From the NCBI GenBank assembly GCA_965153285.1, contig OZ229117.1: DNA of 64,000 nucleotides; one strand, 5' to 3'. The stretch is from Podarcis tiliguerta (Eukaryota). Of the stretch, positions 59,401 through 64,000 are shown in pieces. The position numbers were made by a program, and so were the translations under genes. The notes under the pieces were generated by a model. The model was given only the letters and a program-made list of their open reading frames with translations, ran no database searches and was not told the origin of the DNA. Numbering within the stretch: the first letter of the stretch is position 1; the number at the start of each line of letters is the position of its first letter.

Positions 59401-62400
59401 CTGTGGATGGGGACATATTGGCTGCTCTTTGAGTTGACAGCACTCATCATCTTAATTCCACAGCCTGAGACACAAAGCAAACTGATCAGCAGAAAGCCCA
59501 CCCTACTAGAGTCCAAATGCTGCAATGTCTGTCCTCTTGATTGACCAAGGCAGTGAAAAAAACCATTTCCATCATAAAACGTAGGGACTTGCTTCAGCAG
59601 GCAACTCACCAGGAATGAGGGTGCTTTGTGGAGATGGCTGTGACACTACAAGGCAGCTCAGTGGGTCGCAGTATGCCATAACCCGGCAGTTGCCCACCTG
59701 AGACACTAGGGTGGCCCTCTCAAAGTGGTACTTGTGCTGGCCCTGGCTGGAGGAGAGGCAGCCTGGAAAGCATGAGCGAGAGTTGCTGGGCTGCTGAGAG
59801 GAAAGGGTGTTGTGGCGAGCCATCAGGGCCTTTAATTCCTGTAGAATGGAAAGCAGGAAAATGAGGCAAAGAAAGCATGTGCAGAGCTGAGAGCACTGGA
59901 TGTTTCCACAGGCAGAACAGTAGTAAAAGTCAGGAGCAACTTGTTCTGGGTTGTTGTTTCTTTACTGCTTTCGTATACAACTTGGCTATTTTTTGCTTGT
60001 AGAGCCCTTCTAATGCCCAACCATCTCATCCCCCAGCTAAAATATAGCTGGGATATCCTACCCTTCAACTTGTCACTTTTCATTCTGCAAGGTGGTTCCT
60101 TAGCTGAGCTTGCCTTAGTTTTTTCACTATTTCCTGCAAGATCCAATTTCTATTCCTTCCTGTGTCTGTTTCCTCTCCATGTATTGATGTGATGAGTGTC
60201 TGGAGGATGCAGGCTGGGACAAAGAAGAACGCTGTCTCAGAACAGTTCTGAGAGGTTTTCTCTGGGGGTATGTCAGGGGATGTCTTGTGTGGGTCCCCAT
60301 TCAGATTTTTTTGTGCTCTGGAATAATGCTCTGGAAGTTTTCTGAGTTATACAAATTCACTGAGGGTATATAAAATTTACCCGATTAGAGTTTTGATTTG
60401 GAATGTTTTTGTGACTTCTTTCCCCAAATCACAAGCTTTGACATACAAACTCAAATCAAGAAATGAAACTGGGCCAGGGTGACGACCTGGGCCCCAGATT
60501 TTGGGTGCCCAATGGCACCCACGACGTAACGTTACACCATGATGTCACGTTACAGCAGCGGAACGTTTCTACCAGAAATCACGTTTGGAAGCCTGGCAGG
60601 GTCTCAGAGGTCGCCTCAGAGGTTGCATTGGAGCCCCACAGTGTGGGTGCCATGCCACCCAGGGCCCCCTAGAGTTGGCGTCAGTGAACTGGGGTGTCCT
60701 ATTATCCTGTCCATCATTAGCAGAGAGTGAGAGAAAAGGCCATGAAGATAGCGCATTTCATTTTCTTGTACATGGGAAGGGGATTTAGAAGGTTCTGCAT
60801 GAACAGGATACAGCTAAACCTACCTGAACTTGCTGCCGAAGTTTACTGCATTCATCTGTCAAGACCTGCAGCTGGAGGCGGCTCTGTGCGGATTCCAGCT
60901 CTGCCTTCCTTCGTAGCATTTGCTCCTTCTCTAAAGAGCTGCAGGAGAAAATTACAACAAATGCAATTAAGAAAGCTCAGGAGCCAACCCATCTCTCTCC
61001 CACTGATGAGTAGAATTAGTTTTCTACTCTATTTTCCTGCCTGCCCAAAAACTTTTAGAGACATAATAACAGTCTCTTGAATTTAGACAGAGACATTTAA
61101 ACAGTAATATTTTAATTTCAGAATAACCATGAGAGATTCAATAGAAATTGCATCTCATTTTATCTTAAATATATATACTAGTTTTAAAAAAAAAAGTTAC
61201 AGAAGCAGGCATATATCTTCACAGGGACACCCAAATGCTGTACCTATCATACCTACCTAACAAAGCAAGCCCTTGAACTAAAGCCTGGTGTTAGGACACA
61301 AGTATCTTCTCACACAGATGCTCATCTGACTCAGCTGAGGCATAGTGATAGTTTGCCAAGACAGGTCTTTATGCCAGGTACTGCTACCCTCAAACTTATA
61401 GGAGGAAAGTTGTGAGTATATACCTTTTCATGTGTTCCTGTTCACTGGTGTCCAGCGCTTTCAGGGTACGAGCATAAAGGACTACTATATCCGAGCGCTT
61501 GGCTTTCTTATTACACTAAAAAATGAAAAAATGTGAACATAAGCCAATTTATTGGTTACAAAGGACATCTACTGTGCTGCTATTAATTTCTCATGACTGC
61601 TACACAAACCAAGTGGTGATACTGCTTTTCAAATAGATCTCTTTGCAAAAGCATGGGTGAATGTATACAGGGTTGGCTTGCTGAGAGACTTGCCTTATCT
61701 CAAGTAGCTCTCCAGAACAATCAGTGGGACTCCCCCAAACATGCAAAAGTGACCTGCTCAACATCATGCCCAAGCATCTCCCCTCAAAGTTTCCTTGTGC
61801 CGACAGGTAGTCTTGCTGACCTGACTGATCCCAGGCAAAATCCCTGAACTTAGCCAACAAAGCAAAGACAACAACTGAAAAAGGTAAACAGCACCTTACT
61901 ACCACCCGTCAAAAATCCCATTGTCTCAGGTGGAAGTTCTACCACTGCTCTGTCACCAAATATGATGCACAGCAGCTGCTGCCAACTTGGTGTTCTCCAG
62001 AAGTTTTGGATTACATAACTTCATTCAGACTTAACCAGCACATCCGTGCTAGCTGGCACTGATAGGGGATTTGTAGTCCAAAACATATGGAGGGCACCAA
62101 GTTGGCAAATGCTGATAAAAATACTCTCCTCACAGGAAGAGTTTGACCAAAGGGAAGGACAACTTGCTGCAACTCTGGCTAAAGTGCTGTTTGAAGTCCT
62201 GCAATCAGTTTGAGTGCCAAAACAAGGAAGAGGGCATCCAAAAATGGAACACAGCTCAGGGAAGTGCAAAGAAAAACACAAGAAGGTCTACAGAAGACAA
62301 GCCAAAAGAGGAAGAGCTTACAGGAAGATGGCATGGAAAGTAATGCAGAAAGGGAGAATTGAAAAAAGGAAAATAATGTGGAGAGAACTGTTGCCCACAA

Positions 62401-62702
62401 ATTTTACCAAAGACAGGAAAAGAATAAATGGGTTTCAGAGAGGAAGATTTAGGTTATGCATCAGAGAGGAGAAACAAAATACCCTTCCAAGCTTTTACCT
62501 GTGGGCATTTGCCCACTTGTCCCTTCAGCCATCTCTCAATGCAGCTATAGCCAAAGAGATGCCCACACCGCAGTGCAGAAAGACGGTGCTCCCCAGCATT
62601 TGTCCACTCTTCAAAGCAGATGGCACAGGTATCTCCACTCTCCTCTTCCTCACCCAGAGGAGCCAGAGGAGCAGCTAGGTGAGTTCTCTTTAATGGAGTT
62701 GT
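56333..62702 (-). CDS. RFWD3: RING finger and WD repeat domain 3 E3 ubiquitin ligase (FANCW), last 9 coding exons; 5' exons off the right edge
   Basis: 9 GT-AG exons join into 1545 nt (514 codons + TGA): [12 protein letters not shown]...[14 protein letters not shown]...CPQC, coiled coil, WD40; next to GLG1 as in human. Confidence 0.97.
57092..57309 (-). CDS. RFWD3: RFWD3 penultimate coding exon
   Basis: (N)[13 protein letters not shown]...[36 protein letters not shown]; 218 nt; donor ATG|GTACCA. Confidence 0.94.
57918..58132 (-). CDS. RFWD3: RFWD3 exon (WD40)
   Basis: (R)[36 protein letters not shown]...HCLATFRP; 215 nt. Confidence 0.96.
58908..59084 (-). CDS. RFWD3: RFWD3 exon (WD40)
   Basis: [45 protein letters not shown]...; 177 nt. 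Confidence 0.96.
59314..59464 (-). CDS. RFWD3: RFWD3 exon (WD40)
   Basis: (G)[49 protein letters not shown](S); 151 nt. Confidence 0.96.
59610..59838 (-). CDS. RFWD3: RFWD3 exon
   Basis: [10 protein letters not shown]...[42 protein letters not shown](G); 229 nt. Confidence 0.95.
60824..60938 (-). CDS. RFWD3: RFWD3 exon (coiled coil)
   Basis: (S)[38 protein letters not shown]; 115 nt. Confidence 0.95.
61424..61515 (-). CDS. RFWD3: RFWD3 exon (end of RING)
   Basis: [30 protein letters not shown](S); 92 nt. Confidence 0.95.
62499..62702 (-). CDS. RFWD3: RFWD3 RING-domain exon
   Basis: TTPLKRTH...[46 protein letters not shown]; 204 nt; acceptor TTTCAG is slightly less certain than the donor. 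Confidence 0.92.
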
Positions 62703-62755
62703 CTGAAACAAGAGAACATGGAAAAGGTCAAGCAAATGCAATCTTGGTTTGTCTT

Positions 62756-63904
62756 TTTTTCCCCCCAATTATTTTTATTAAGTTTCCATTTGCCAAATTA
62801 AACATATCATACCAATTAGTCCAAATTATATCAATACACATCATAAAGTCCAAATGTTTTCCAAATTAAATTTTTTTTTTGTGGGGGGGGGGTACCCATG
62901 CTCCTCGATCGTCAGGAATCCAAAGATCCAAATTCGTGCTGCTTTGCTTACTGCAATGATGCTTCCAGTCCCATCTTCTCATATTTGTCATTTATTCATT
63001 TTCCTTTTCTGTCACCTCCGAGTTTTCTCCACAAGTGGATTAAAAGGAACAGTCTTATTTTGTCTGTGTGGGTTTTATAATGCTCTCTCATATGTCCACA
63101 AATCCAACCATCATGTTTTCGAGCAGACACTCCGTCCTGTCGTTCCGGTGAAATACAGTCTAAATGTCCACTCGTTTACTTTCCAGACCCACTGCCTCAT
63201 AATTAGTCTTCCAGGAGGATAACAGCCCTTTCTGATTTACGATTCCAGCCTGATATCCAAACGGCTCTTCCTCCCTAGACCATCCATCTTGCCGCCGAGA
63301 TCTGCCTACGCATCGAAGCATTTCTTACTGCGTCACTGAGAGAGACTCACTTGTTTCCAAATCTTTCACAGACATATAATTTTTTCCACACAGTTCATTT
63401 TCACTCCCACTTGTAAATTAGTCGTCGAGACGGTTTTTTGAGGGGGAGGGTTATCAGGTACTCACATAAAAATAAAATAAAAAAGTCTTTCCCCCCCCCC
63501 TCTCGTACCGTCCACATACCAAAATGTCAGCAGTTCTCTGGTGTTATCTCTGTTCCTTTCGTCCTTCGGTCTCGATCTTCTTCACTCAGTGGTAAATTTA
63601 TTAGCAGATAAAAGCATTCCTGATTTCTCTTGAAGCATGTGTGTTTATTCGTCCAATTCTTTTCTTCTTTTTAAACATCGCAGCCAGGCTCGCTCCTGAA
63701 AGAAGCTGGCAGGGAGCTCCAAGCTTGCCTGAGGGCTTTCCACCTAGTGCCTCTCACCCCCTCCTTCATCCGAACTTGGGGGTGATTTATGGCAACAGCC
63801 AAGGGAGGCTGATGTACTCCCCATATCAGCCTCTAATTACCTCTTGCAAGCTGGACAAGATGTTATTAGCAGCCATCTTTCAAGGCGCCCCTAGTGGCCC
63901 CCGG
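62756..63904 (-). mobile_element. Non-autonomous, non-coding L1-type retroelement (~1.15 kb) in an RFWD3 intron
   Basis: 19-bp TSD TGCAATCTTGGTTT(G/A)TCTT at 62737-62755 and 63905-63923; minus-strand site TT|AAGA; AATAAAAATAATT plus A-rich tail; GC-rich 5' end with AAGATGGCTG; no minus-strand ORF of 60 aa or more in the ORF track. Confidence 0.8.
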
Positions 63905-64000
63905 TGCAATCTTGGTTTATCTTAATTGGCTGCACACCCTCCACAGCACACACCCAATCATTCGTACCTTCTTCTGGAGGGTAGTGGCACCTCTAGCATC

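Noticed and set aside
60455-60700. Regulatory CpG cluster with CRE-like motifs (also 34647-35095)
   Set aside because: Looks like DNA-transposon-derived sequence, but I could not define termini or a TSD, so it is called neither as an enhancer nor as a specific element.
63883-63900. CTCF site at the 5' end of the non-autonomous element (CCACTAGGGGCGC)
   Set aside because: One G short of the CTCF core spacing; not called without a PWM score.

Overview
Vertebrate genomic DNA, most likely from a squamate (probably lacertid) lizard judging by its repeat families; the taxon is an inference. Two spliced genes lie in tandem on the minus strand, in the same order as in human. RFWD3: the last 9 coding exons (62702 to stop at 56333; RING finger, coiled coil, WD40); its 5' exons are off-window to the right. 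GLG1 (Golgi glycoprotein 1): exons 1-22 (ATG 53248 to 667, 2997 nt = 999 in-frame codons); its 3' exons are off-window to the left. A CpG-island promoter covers GLG1 exon 1. The introns hold a young 5'-truncated L1 with an unbroken ORF2 remnant nested in an old L2, L1 3'-end fragments, an RTE fragment, tRNA-derived SINEs, Tc1/mariner-type and hAT-type MITEs, and microsatellites. The best candidate for something undescribed is a ~1.15 kb, apparently full-length, non-coding L1-type retroelement (62756-63904) with a 19-bp target-site duplication (TSD), inserted in sense ~53 nt upstream of the RFWD3 RING exon. No prokaryotic-type systems (CRISPR, operons) are present. All calls were made by eye, without database searches.
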